64,000 nucleotides of DNA from Octopus sinensis (taxonomy: Eukaryota): positions 128,092,001 to 128,156,000 of the forward strand of contig NC_042998.1 in NCBI RefSeq assembly GCF_006345805.1, read 5' to 3'. Below, one piece after another: positions 52,572-64,000 of the stretch (the first letter of the stretch is position 1; every line of letters begins with the position of its first letter). The notes beneath the pieces are model-generated. The model saw only the letters and a list, made by a program, of their open reading frames with translations. It searched no databases and was not told where the DNA came from. The translations under genes and the position numbers were made by a program.

Positions 52572-53058
52572 ATTCCTTAATATTGTTGAATGTATATTAT
52601 ATAGTCTGTTGACTATTTTTTCTTTCTCACTGGACCGCTGGTGGCGAAAAATTTCTCTTGAATTTTTTGCTACCCTTATATTGATTAATTAATGATTTTT
52701 GGGCTAATTCTGAAATTAAATCAGCAGTTTATATTTGCTGCTGATAAGTTGGCGCGATGACGGTAGATTTTGAAAATTTAGAATATATATTCTCAAGGCG
52801 TCGATGCTGTCGCCTCGTGGATATATATTTCCCTGGCTTCTTTGCTGACGAGACAGGCCAGTGGCAAATAGATTTAATTTAATTTAATTAAATCGGTTTG
52901 CCAATATGTATGTCGAAACTATGCATAGTCCAAAGATGATAAGGGTAAATGTTTTTATTTTCCTTTGGTTTCTGAATTACAACTATTTAGCGGTTTGAGT
53001 TTAGCTGCTCTTTCTAGTGGGTCGAATGGCCTATCAAGGCCATTCCTTAATATTGTTG
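52572..53058 (+). mobile_element. 470-bp hammerhead-containing unit bounded by a 17-bp direct repeat; retrozyme-like
   Basis: attccttaatattgttg at 52572-88 and 53042-58; (ATGT)n on both sides; intact HHR inside. Confidence 0.75.
52833..52936 (+). ncRNA. Intact type I hammerhead ribozyme
   Basis: Stem I UCUUUG 52839-44/CAAAGA 52931-36; CUGACGA 52845-51; stem II GACA/UGUC with a long extension; GAAA 52915-18; stem III ACUA-UGCA-UAGU; GUC cut after 52930; pseudoknot 52833-38/52856-61. Confidence 0.92.
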
Positions 53059-53369
53059 TATGTATGTATTATGTATGTATGTATGTATATATGTACGTAT
53101 GTGTGTATTATGTATGTATGTATACATGCATGTATGTACGTATCGTCGTTACCAGTGATCGAATTTGCTTCGTAACATGTATTATGTTTTCGCTAATTAT
53201 TTTAGGCGCATATGTAGTCGCGATCAGACATAGACATCCACTTTATTCTCCTACTCTCTCACTCAACGGTACGCTAAGAATGGACAGCTGAAAAGAGAGA
53301 CAGATGCACCAGCACTAATATCAATAAAATAATGTTGAATAATAATAATGATGATGATAATAATAATAA

Positions 53370-53555
53370 TCCTTTCAACTAAAGGCACAAGGCCCGAAAT
53401 TTCGGGGGAAGTGACTTGTCGATAACATTGACCCCAGTGTTTCACTGGTACTTATTTTATCGACCCCGAAAGGATGAAAGGCAAAGTTGCAAAATTTGAA
53501 CTCAGAACGTAAAGACAGACGAAATGTTGCAAAGCGTTTCTCTCAGCGTGCTAAA
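53370..53555 (-). mobile_element. SINE, family 1, with (ATT)n tail
   Basis: cctttcaactaaaggcacaaggcccgaaat...gaatttgaactcagaacgt...cagcgtgctaa. Confidence 0.8.
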
Positions 53556-53832
<277 letters not shown>

Positions 53833-54362
53833 AAATGCCCTGATGCAGTACCAGGCAGTGGTTCGCATGGCTTCTTATCTTAACTGATTAGAAGTGTTAT
53901 ATAATATTGTTTTGTCTTGGTATAAAAGATGGGCTACAGCAAATATTATGCTCAATACCACAGATTTGTTTATCAGTTGCTTGACCTAAACAAGTTGAGC
54001 ATGTCCTTTGGTGGCTGACGATATGTGCATCTCTGATCACGAGCAGAAGTAGTGGGAGAGCATCATAGCCATGTGTTGCGAGGAATTCTTTGGGGTTTGA
54101 ATAATTCACCTCTAGAAACATGGGTATTTTGTTCAACATCCTTGAACAACCCTTATTCAGGGACCTTTTGATCAGGATGGGATACTCGACTTGCTGAAAT
54201 TCTAACTGGACAAAGTCATGCGCTGTTTATCTTTATATGAGATCACTATGTCGCGCGCATATGGTTGTGATGCATGTGCCTGGTGTACCCTATGATGGGT
54301 ATACTTGGCTTTATATATTTTAACCCTGTGTCAATTTGATAGCATGCACTGCTCTCTCACTC
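53833..54362 (+). mobile_element. 550-bp element, copy 3 (more diverged)
   Basis: Same termini as copy 1, with small internal deletions and an (AAT)n tail. Confidence 0.9.
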
Positions 54363-54381
54363 AATAATAATAATAATAATA

Positions 54382-54416
<35 letters not shown>

Positions 54417-54429
54417 TAATAATAATAAT

Positions 54430-55620
54430 CATTTTTTCACTTGTCAGGAAAAGAAATGAAGAACTTAAGAATGAATGGAAATTCGAAAAAGTTAGAAAGA
54501 AGTATGATATAGATACAAAATCCCTGAATATTGTAATTGAAAAACTGAATCAGAATCAGAGTATACATACAAAAAATCAAAGCTAATTAGGTTTGAACAA
54601 CGGATTAAGCAATACCAGCAAAACAAATAGTTTAGAACCGACCAAAAACATTTTTACGAAGAGATTAATGAAGATAGAAAACGTGAAATATTAGTGCCTG
54701 ATGTTGATGAAAGTCGACTTTTCTGAGGTAAGATATGGAGTAAGCAGGAACAACATAATACTACAGCTGAATGGCTCTCCATCCTGAATCAAACCACTTC
54801 TTATCCCCAGCAAGAGGCTATCCACTTCACAGAAGACAGTATCAGAAATATGAGTAAAAATATAAGCAATTGGAAAGCAGCAGGACTTGATGGTGTACAG
54901 GGATTTTGGATAATAAAAAAAGGTCAGTAGTTGCCATAAATTGATCGCTCAGCAATTTAATGCATTGATCAATTGTGAAGAAATACTGGGCTGGTTGAGA
55001 AAAGGAAGCATCAAATGAAAATGCTGCTGAAAATTACAGACCAATTTCCTGCCTTTTATTAATGTGGAAGTTACTGTCAGGAGAAATTGCAGAAGAACTG
55101 TATAAATCTCTTGATGAGAACGATATATTACCGCCGAGGTACCAAAGATCAACTATTGATAGACAAAATGATAATACAAGATTGTAAACGAAGGCGAACA
55201 AATCTGAGAATAGCCTGGATTTGTTCGCCTTCGTAAGCTTATATGATGCCACATTCCTGGATCATGGAGTGCTTAGATCTGTTTGGAATTGCGAGGAATG
55301 TAACGTGTTTCCTGAAGAGAAGTATGGTGGGATGGAAAACTGAACTGACATCTTAGGGGAAAAGCTTGGGCACTCTTTGTATCAGAAGAGGGATTTTCCA
55401 GTGTGATAGCCTATCTCCGTTGCTTTTCGTTCTCTACATGACACCCCTCATCTTGGCGCTTAAGAAAATGAACCTGGAGTAACAACTAAATGAAAACTCC
55501 TAAACAATCAACCACCTCTTCATGGATGATTTGAAACGGTATGGCAAAGATGAGACACAAGTAGTGAAGTGAAAGTACGCTATAAAATAAAACTATTGAA
55601 TAATAATAATAATAATAATA
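54430..55620 (+). mobile_element. R4/Dong-like LINE fragment (family C), pre-RT to FMDD, ending in a family-A terminus
   Basis: KQYQQNK.FRTDQKHFY, NWKAAGLDGVQGFW, IFQ.DSLSPLLF, NHLFMDDLK; then tagtgaagtgaaagtacgctat...(AAT)n. Confidence 0.85.
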
Positions 55621-56437
55621 GCAACAACAACAACTACTACTACTACTACTACAACCACTAAAAAGCAACAACAACATCAACAACAGCACCAACAACAACG
55701 ACAATAGTAATAACATCATGTACCCGTAAACACACAAACTCGTGCGCACGCATTTGGTAGGAATATTATAGCTGCCATACGATATATTATGTAACCAGAC
55801 TGCTTACTGCGCTAAACACAGATGGCAGTCAAGACAGGCAAGAAATAATTTTAAGTATTTATCTACATATATGTGGGAGAGTTTTATTCTTAAAGAACAT
55901 GCAATGTACAACTAGATAAAATGTAAATGTGAAAACTCGGTCGATTATTCCTAGATTTCTTTTATGTTTTTCTTCTTTCATAGTTATACTCTTTGTATCT
56001 GCGTTTTACTTTGGTTAACATGTAGGTGTATACTCACCATTGGAGAGGATATGTTATTTTTATCTCTTTGCTACCGTCGTGTACATATTACTTTCCTCTT
56101 CTACCCACCCCGAATATGTACATGCTACTCAACCAAATAAGATATCCTTCTTCTGATCAACTATTCATGACAGGTCAAAGTATGACAACTTATTGTTTCC
56201 ACAATAGACAATAACAATATATTTAAAAATAAACTGAAGTATTTTGAAGAAAAAACATCAACATGGATATCACGAAAGTTTCAATAATTTTATGTCATGT
56301 TGCTACGTTATTCCTCCAATCATTTATTCGTGACATGTCGGCCATCAAAATAGCATATGTCATCTTGAAGAGTTCGTTTTAATAATGATGATGATGATAA
56401 TGATAGTAACAACAACAACAACAACAATAACAACAAC

Positions 56438-56519
<82 letters not shown>

Positions 56520-58441
56520 GATTTTTGTTTCTTACAATTACTGTCGATGTTTTTACTTTCGTTTTATTCTGTTTTTATTGTTCTGTTGTTGCTTTGTAGG
56601 TCTTTTTTTTTGTTTTTTAATCATCAGTTATTTGTATGGCGAAAAATGGAGAAATAAATAATTTCAATAGAAATAATATTCAATCAGTAGATCGATTGAT
56701 GGGAAAACATTTTAAATGATTCAGCTAAAACATGCAACATTTCACGTAGTCATTTGTCTAAAGAATTGATTTATATCTTGAGAATAATTTAGAAGATTTA
56801 TACACGATTAGAAATCAATAGTGAAATATCATATGATATGTAAGTTTCCAAAGAAAATTAGTAACTGCAAAAACAAATTAAATGATTATTAATAAAACAG
56901 TTGCTGCTAAGAATTGAAAAGTGGTCGCAGTTTCGGTTACATTATGATCAGCTAGATTATTCGACAAAATAATTTTAGGTGAATTCCTCAAATATTTTAA
57001 TACATTACGCATACATTTTTGGGAATTATGAAACGTCTTAAGTGAATTCTAAAATTATTTCTCACATGCGATAAGGATTTTATCTATGCTGTTGACTATA
57101 AAACTTATCCTAGATACTTGATCACTGAGTAGATCTCACTCTCAAGTTAATAACTGCTTTACTTTTTTTCATAGTAATCCTTGAGCAGTATCTAAAAATG
57201 TTTTCATTCTTCACTACTCTGCATCAAATATTTTAAAATAATGATACAAACTGAAAGCAATATTTGTATTATCATTTTAAAAGTTCCAAGTAGTTCCACA
57301 CTCTACTCCACAGTCTGAATTTCACTCATCTGTATAACTAAGCTTGTCGTTAAAACATATCGATTGTCTTGTTGTTATAGTACAATTTGTTTTGTTTTTG
57401 TGGTTTTTCTTTTTTAGCCTTTTCTGTTGATTTTTTTTATCATTTTTTGAATTTTTTTTATCGTTCTGTCCATTGAGATAGCTAAATATCATATTGCTAT
57501 TTGAACTGAGCTGCTGCCAATTTACACTTTTGCTAGTGAATAGGAGTTGACTTTGTTTCATAGAATAAATCGATTTTGAAGATACATCTTAAGAAACTCA
57601 ATGTAGTTTTTGTCTATTTCTGTACGAATTTTTCGATAACTTGAAGATAGTCTGAACTCATTTCTTCTAGCTATCATACAAAACTAAACGTTCATAACTA
57701 TAATACATGTAAGGCTGTGGTATTTCATTGAAATGATTTCAATAACGTGCCATGTTGAGCCCATTTTTTCTATAAAACTTTGAAGTGAGATTCCCATTTC
57801 AAATCGAACTATAAGTAAATACCAAGAATCGTTAGTTTTTGCGATGTTGATAGCTGTTTCATTAAAAATATGTTATCATATTGATTAGTAAAAGTTTCTG
57901 GGTTTTGGAAATGAATCAATCATGTTTAAGAGGGATCAAATTCGATTGCCCATTAAACTGGTTGTTGTTGTTGTTGTTGCTGCTGCTGCTGCTGTTGTTG
58001 TTGTTGTTTATTGACAAGTATTTTTGTTGGATCATTATACTGCGTTCAAACCTCCCCTTGTATTTGGACCAGCTTTGGGGTATTAAAAATGTATTTTCAC
58101 TTTCAGTTTTATGATCACCACTTGAAGTAAAAATATTAGAATGAATAAATTAATAAATATATGTGTTCATATTTCAGTATTCTGCACTGCAAAGTTAATT
58201 ATAGACAGTAGCACAAATATTGATGAGTTGCTGTGTCATCGTCTTTTACCCTAAAAACAATTTAAACAGTAACTACTGTGCAGACTTACTGTGAAATATA
58301 TTTAATATAGATGAAAGCAATTTGTTATTATGCAATAATGTATGCAATAATGTAGGTCTAATTCTCTGTAGGCATAACGACTACTCACTATTCAGACAAA
58401 ACAGTCAAAATTAGATATACTTCTGAACGTTATTATTATTA

Positions 58442-58508
<67 letters not shown>

Positions 58509-59100
58509 GAGTGAGAGAGCAGTTCATGCCATCAAAGTGACACCGGGGTAAAATATACGAAGCCCAATATACCCATCATGACTACCCGTCTGATAAGGGT
58601 ACACCAGGCACATGCATCACAACCACATGTGCGCGACACGGTGATCTCATATCAAGATAAACAGTACATGACCTTGCAGGTGGGGCCCAGTTAGAATTTT
58701 CTTCAGGTTGAGTAGCCCATCCCGCTCAAACGGTCCCTGAATAAGGGTTGTTTAAGTATGTTGAAAAAACCACCCATGTTTCCAGAGGTGAATTATTCAA
58801 ACCCCAAAAAATCCCTCTCAACACATGGCTATGATGCTCCCCCACTACTTCTGCTCGTGATCAGAGATGCACATATCGTCAACCACAAAGGGACATGTTC
58901 AACTGGTTAAGGTCAAACAACTGACAAGCAAATCTGTGGTATTGAACAGAATATTTGCTGTAGCCCATCTTTTATACCAAGACAAAACAATGTACATGAT
59001 AACACTTTCAATCAGTTAAGATCAGAAGCCATGAGAGCCATTGCCTGGTACTGCATCAGGGCATTTGGTACTGCATCAGGGCATTGGTACTGCATCAGGG

Positions 59101-59104
<4 letters not shown>
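58509..59104 (-). mobile_element. 550-bp element, copy 4, with a triplicated terminus
   Basis: Near-exact reverse complement of copy 1; ggtactgcatcagggcatt occurs three times at 59047-59104. Confidence 0.92.
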
Positions 59105-59170
<66 letters not shown>

Positions 59171-59179
59171 AATACTATT

Positions 59180-59727
59180 GAGTGAGAGAGCAGTGCATGC
59201 CATCAAAGTGACACTGGGGTAAAATATACGAAACCCAGTATACCCATCATGACTACCCATCTGATAAGGGTACACGAGGCACATGCATCACAATCATATG
59301 TGCGCGACATGGTGATCTCATATAAAGATAAACAGCACATGAACGTGAAGATGGGCTCCAGTTAGAATTTTGTTCTGGTCGAGTAGCCCATCCCGCTCAA
59401 AATGTCCCTGAATAAGGGTTGTTTAAGGATGTTGAACGAAACACCCATGTTTTCAGAGGTGAATTATTCAAACCCCAAAGAATTCCTCTCAACACATGGC
59501 TATGATGCTCCCTACTATTTCTGCTCGTGATCAGAGATGCACATATCGTCAGCCACTAAGAGCTCTGGTTAACGTCAAACAACTGACAAGCAAATCTGTG
59601 GTATTGAGCAGAATATTTGCTGTAGCCATCTTTTATAACAAGACAAAACAATGTACATGATAACACTTTCAATCAGTTAAGATCAGAAGCCACGAGAGCC
59701 ACTGCCTGGTACTGCATGAGGGCATTT
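59180..59727 (-). mobile_element. 550-bp element, copy 5
   Basis: Same termini; flanked by (ATT)n. Confidence 0.92.
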
Positions 59728-59737
59728 ATTATTGTTA

Positions 59738-59824
<87 letters not shown>

Positions 59825-59863
59825 TATTATTTATTATTATTATTATTATTATTATCATCATCA

Positions 59864-59908
<45 letters not shown>

Positions 59909-59943
59909 TATTATTATTATTATTATTATTGTTATTATTATTA

Positions 59944-59980
<37 letters not shown>

Positions 59981-59993
59981 CATTATTATTACT

Positions 59994-60141
59994 AAGGCGG
60001 CTAGCTGGCAGAATCGTTAGTACGCTGGATGAAATGCTTAGCGGTATTTCGTCTGCCGTTACCAGTTGCGTACTGAAGTCGACCTAATCGACTGGCCCCC
60101 TCCCCGCAAAAAAATCAGGCCTTGTGCCTATAGTAGAAAGG
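59994..60141 (+). mobile_element. SINE, family 1, internally deleted
   Basis: aggcggctagctggcagaatcgttag head and ...ccttgtgcctatagtagaaagg-(ATT) tail. Confidence 0.8.
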
Positions 60142-60145
60142 ATTA

Positions 60146-62714
60146 TTATTATTTTATTGTCTTTGCACAACTTCTAACGCTGAAAATGTACTACGCTGTC
60201 TGTTGTTCACTACCAGTGAACTAAGGTAACACCCCTTATTTTTCGAGCACCATCCGGAGTATTTGAGCAGTTCCAAGCAGTGCTGTTTTCTGGAAGTGCT
60301 TCACCATTATTCCACCCCCTATTTGTTCCATGTACTTCTCAATATTTGTACTCACTGTTCTCAGGGCTCCGACAATCATTGGTACTTCTACCAAATTTTT
60401 CAGCAACCATAACTGCTTAACCTCATATCTAACCTGTCATATCTATCGACTATTCTTTCTTCCTTATCGCATCCCTTGTTGTCAACTGGGCATGCTATAT
60501 CTATGATCCAGCATCGTTTCCTTTCTTTCTCAATTAAGACTATGTCTGGTTACCTATTCTCTATCCCATTGTCGCACGGAATCATTAAATCTCATAGGGT
60601 CTTTGCATTATCATTTTCGACGATGGCTTCGGGTTTATATTCGTACCACTCTTTTGCTCTGTCGAGTCCATGCTTGTTGCAAAGTGTCCAATGGACAATC
60701 CTTGCTATGTTGTCATGACGTCTCTTATATTCTTTCTGGGCTAGTGGCGTACATTCACTGGTATTATGCCATGCGGTTTCACCATTTTGTCCACAAATTC
60801 TGCACTGATCACTTTCTGGCGTGTTATCTAGTCTGTATTCGATGTAATTCGTTATTAATGCTTGCTCTTGTGCAGCACAGATTACGGTCTCCGTTTCCGG
60901 TCTTAAATCAATTTTAGTCATCCATAACCATCTTTTTTCTCTGTGTGTCTTATCTTCAACATCCCTATGAAACTGACCATGCATTCTTTTCTTTATCCAC
61001 CTAATTTCAGTCTCATTCATTCGCAAGTGCTTGTACTGTGCTTTATCTTTGCAATCTTCCATCCTACACAAGCCTGACCATGTTACCTCCAATAATAGCG
61101 GTTCTGTGGCATTTTTACATATCATGCTGTGTTTGTTTTATTCTGCTCTAATGCTGTGTTCGCATCCAATCAATACTCTTCCCCCTCGTTTTTCTTGGTA
61201 CACTGTGTCACTTTTTGGGTGGAATATCCCATATCTAGTCAGCAACTTCTTTGTCTTTCCGTCTAATGTCCATGCGATTACCACTGCCCCATATCTAAGG
61301 AGTGAAACCGCCTAGGTGTTGATAGCTTCAATCTTATTCCGTTCGTTTAATTTTGACTTAAGGATTAGTCTCAGTCTGCGCAAATATTCCACCTTAAATT
61401 TTTTCTGTCATTACTTTCTCCATCAATTTATCCATTTTCAGTATCCGCTAGTACTTATAGCCCGTCTCTTCTATTTGCTTCATAACGTCTCTCAACGGTA
61501 TCGCTAGCTCGTCCATACATTTAATTTTGCCTCTTTTCAATACTAATACACCACACTTTTTCAGTTCGAACTCCATTCTGATATCAGCACTGTTGTGGAC
61601 TGACTACAATTTGTTTCAGTTCTTGCAACCATTCAACATCCTTCGTGTGCGCCATGTCTTTGCTCCAGATGTCACTTCAAAACCTTTGACTTTCAATGTG
61701 ATCTGGTATCAACTTTTCATCTGTACACTTTCCATTGGTTTCTTTGTAGAATCTTTTCTGACCTACTCTGAATAACCCATTCTCCTGGTATCCCTTCATT
61801 CTTTGGTCGTATCTTTCAGTATCATACTTCCTGTTCAGTGCCCTGTATTTTTGTTCGCTTTTAAGCCCCCTTCGCTTTTCGGTCTAACACAGAAATGTCC
61901 TTCGAGAGCATATCTAACCCCCGCCTTTATTCTTCTTTTCCACCACTTCTTTAGTCACTCCCTTTATATTTATTCTTCTTGGCATAAACACCCACATTTT
62001 CTGCTACAACAATACTTGCTACCTTGATCAAATTATTTGTTGCTGTGATGCTTTTTGTTCTGGTGTATTTCAAAATTTCATTCACATTTTTTGTTTCTTG
62101 GTTCAATTTCCACCGATCAACCTTTTAAGGTTGCAAATAATGTCGCTACCGCTCTCCTGTAGCCCTGCCTTTATTTTGTCGTAGATTGCCTTTCACCCAT
62201 CTGTCATGTCACCGTTAGTTTTATTGTCTTCTTTCAGACCATCTATATGTCTTTCATCGAGCAAGCTATCACTGTTCCTTTCCTGTGGTTTATTAGAGAT
62301 CTCACTCTGTTTTCTGCTATGAGATTACTTATATCAACAGGAACTGTATTTTCATCGTCTCTTCTGCTGCTATTTTCCAATACCCGTCTTTTGATAGCTT
62401 CGAGCTCTACTTCTGTGAACCAACGATTGTCCTTATTGCTCTAGCTTGATCACATAATCTCTGTTCCGTGAGTTGAAACAATCCTATTTCTCTCCATTGA
62501 TCATACATATGTTTTTGGTACCCCCTAATATGAGCACCATTTTCATCTACAAGGTTACTCAAGTAGTAACACTCCATGACCACAACATTGACTTGTTTGT
62601 TCCCTCTACGCCGTCTGTTTTAGTCCATTGCTAGATAACGACAGGCTGGAGCCGGACTAGAGTCTCTGAGCCTGCTGGGTACAACACTGTCACCATCAAG
62701 GGCTTCAGTTTCAT
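60146..62714 (-). mobile_element. R4/Dong-like LINE (family B) with both ends but no RT core
   Basis: N-terminal VMECYYLS...GYQKHMYDQW...EQRLCDQARAI; EWLQELK..PQQ joined to ADIRMEF.LKKC; CRICGQNGET..H..SEC, RRHD, KTALLGTAQILR; (AAT)n tail. Confidence 0.9.
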
Positions 62715-62715
62715 T

Positions 62716-62750
<35 letters not shown>

Positions 62751-63365
62751 CATTATTATTATTATTATCATCATCAGCATCATCATCATCATCATGGTGC
62801 AAAAACTCTCTGAACGCTTCTACCATCTCTCTTATTACAGAGAAACGATTGTCCTCTCTAAAATTCTGCGTTGATATTTTTGGCTATGATCGACAGGTAA
62901 ATCATACTGTATATTGTAATAAAAATTTAAATAGCACAAATAATACAAACTAATACCTGATTAATTGTATGACAGGATATGTTTTAGGTGGTGAATTTAA
63001 TTGAAACTTACAATTATATTGCTTCATGCATGAATCACTGAAGCATATCGACATCGAAATTTCACCTTACTTAGTATTTCCCTAATTTCAAGGAGAAAAC
63101 ATCGATTCTCTAAAACTAATGTACAGCTTTACTTAGAGAAGAAGCAATTCTTGCCTGCATTGCTCTTGTTGACTTACTAAAATACCTGACAGCGAATACT
63201 TTTATGTCGTTACTGAAACTAGGTACAGATCGTTTTACACTTTGGTAAGAAAGAAACTTCTTTCAAATTGTGAGACATGTATATGAAGAATTCCTGTAAG
63301 ATACATAATTCTCGAATATCATCTGTCTTTGAAAAACTGCCGAGGCTGAAGTTATTTCACCTTAG

Positions 63366-63490
63366 ATCATTTTACACTTGGATTTCCGGAATCTAATATC
63401 GATAATGAAAAGAAATTTTGGGGGTTTTCTCGTTCATCTTGAATCAACATTTCTGTGGAGGCGTTGGAAAATGTCCATATACTGCTTAAG
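63366..63490 (+). CDS. Candidate exon, product unknown
   Basis: Acceptor ttatttcaccttag, donor aag|gtaaat, one open frame (IILHLDFRNLISIMKRNFGGFLVHLESTFLWRRWKMSIYCL). Not recognised. Confidence 0.15.
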
Positions 63491-64000
63491 GTAAATAAAA
63501 AAAATGAAATAATCCCAAATAAACCATATTATGTGAGCAACTTATAGAAAAAAAGCATAAAAGAAAGACAATAACAACGACAACGCTAACACAACATTAA
63601 TTTTTTCAAAAATCTCATTTCTCAAGCGCTATCTTTCTTATGAAATATTTCAGAGAAGGAAGGTATGAATCAAACTATTAGTTTAATGGTATTGATATTC
63701 TTAAGTCGATATAACAGGTGAAAGCACTGGGAAGAAAAGAACTATCATGATAAGAGTCGTAAACACGAAAGAAAGGATAAGAAAGCTATCTGCTTGGTGA
63801 CTGTATGTTTGATGTTTACATTAAATGATTGCGTAAAGTAGAAACTGATTAAATGCATAGACAGGCAGACATATAGGCCAGCTGTGAAGCTCGCTGTGAT
63901 TTGAAGGGAGATACCTTTATGAAAAACGCATTGAACTTTATATAGGATATGAGGTAGGGGGAAAACTCGTTGAGTTGATGATGGAAAGAAAGAACGTGTG

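Overview
AT-rich, microsatellite-dense eukaryotic DNA with no intact protein-coding gene. The SINE types, extreme simple-repeat load and RTE, Dong and mariner remnants suggest an intron or intergenic window of an octopus genome; this is inferred from repeat content only. Most ORFs in the supplied track are translated microsatellites or transposon debris. The main result is a set of type I hammerhead ribozymes (HHRs). (1) A very young 397-bp tandem array (1736-2799, about 2.7 copies) carries three complete HHRs and sits inside the internal (TA)n tract of a SINE. (2) A solo, intact HHR (52839-52936) lies in a 470-bp unit bounded by a 17-bp direct repeat inside an (ATGT)n tract. The two elements differ over most of their length. 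They share a palindromic UGCA-capped stem III, a GGCAAAUA/GUUUGC helix in an extended stem II, a 20/22-identical motif just downstream of the cut site, and a predicted stem I-stem II pseudoknot whose sequence differs while pairing is kept (CAGGG/CCCUG versus CUGGCU/GGCCAG). This looks like a family of non-coding, ribozyme-processed, probably circular-RNA retroelements (retrozyme-like). Several minimal or decayed Penelope-type HHRs and a decayed Penelope-like RT fragment are also present. The last 15 kb holds a nest of R4/Dong-like LINEs and a recurring 550-bp non-coding element, all in the same orientation relative to (AAT)n tracts. All folds were done by eye; none has been computed or tested.
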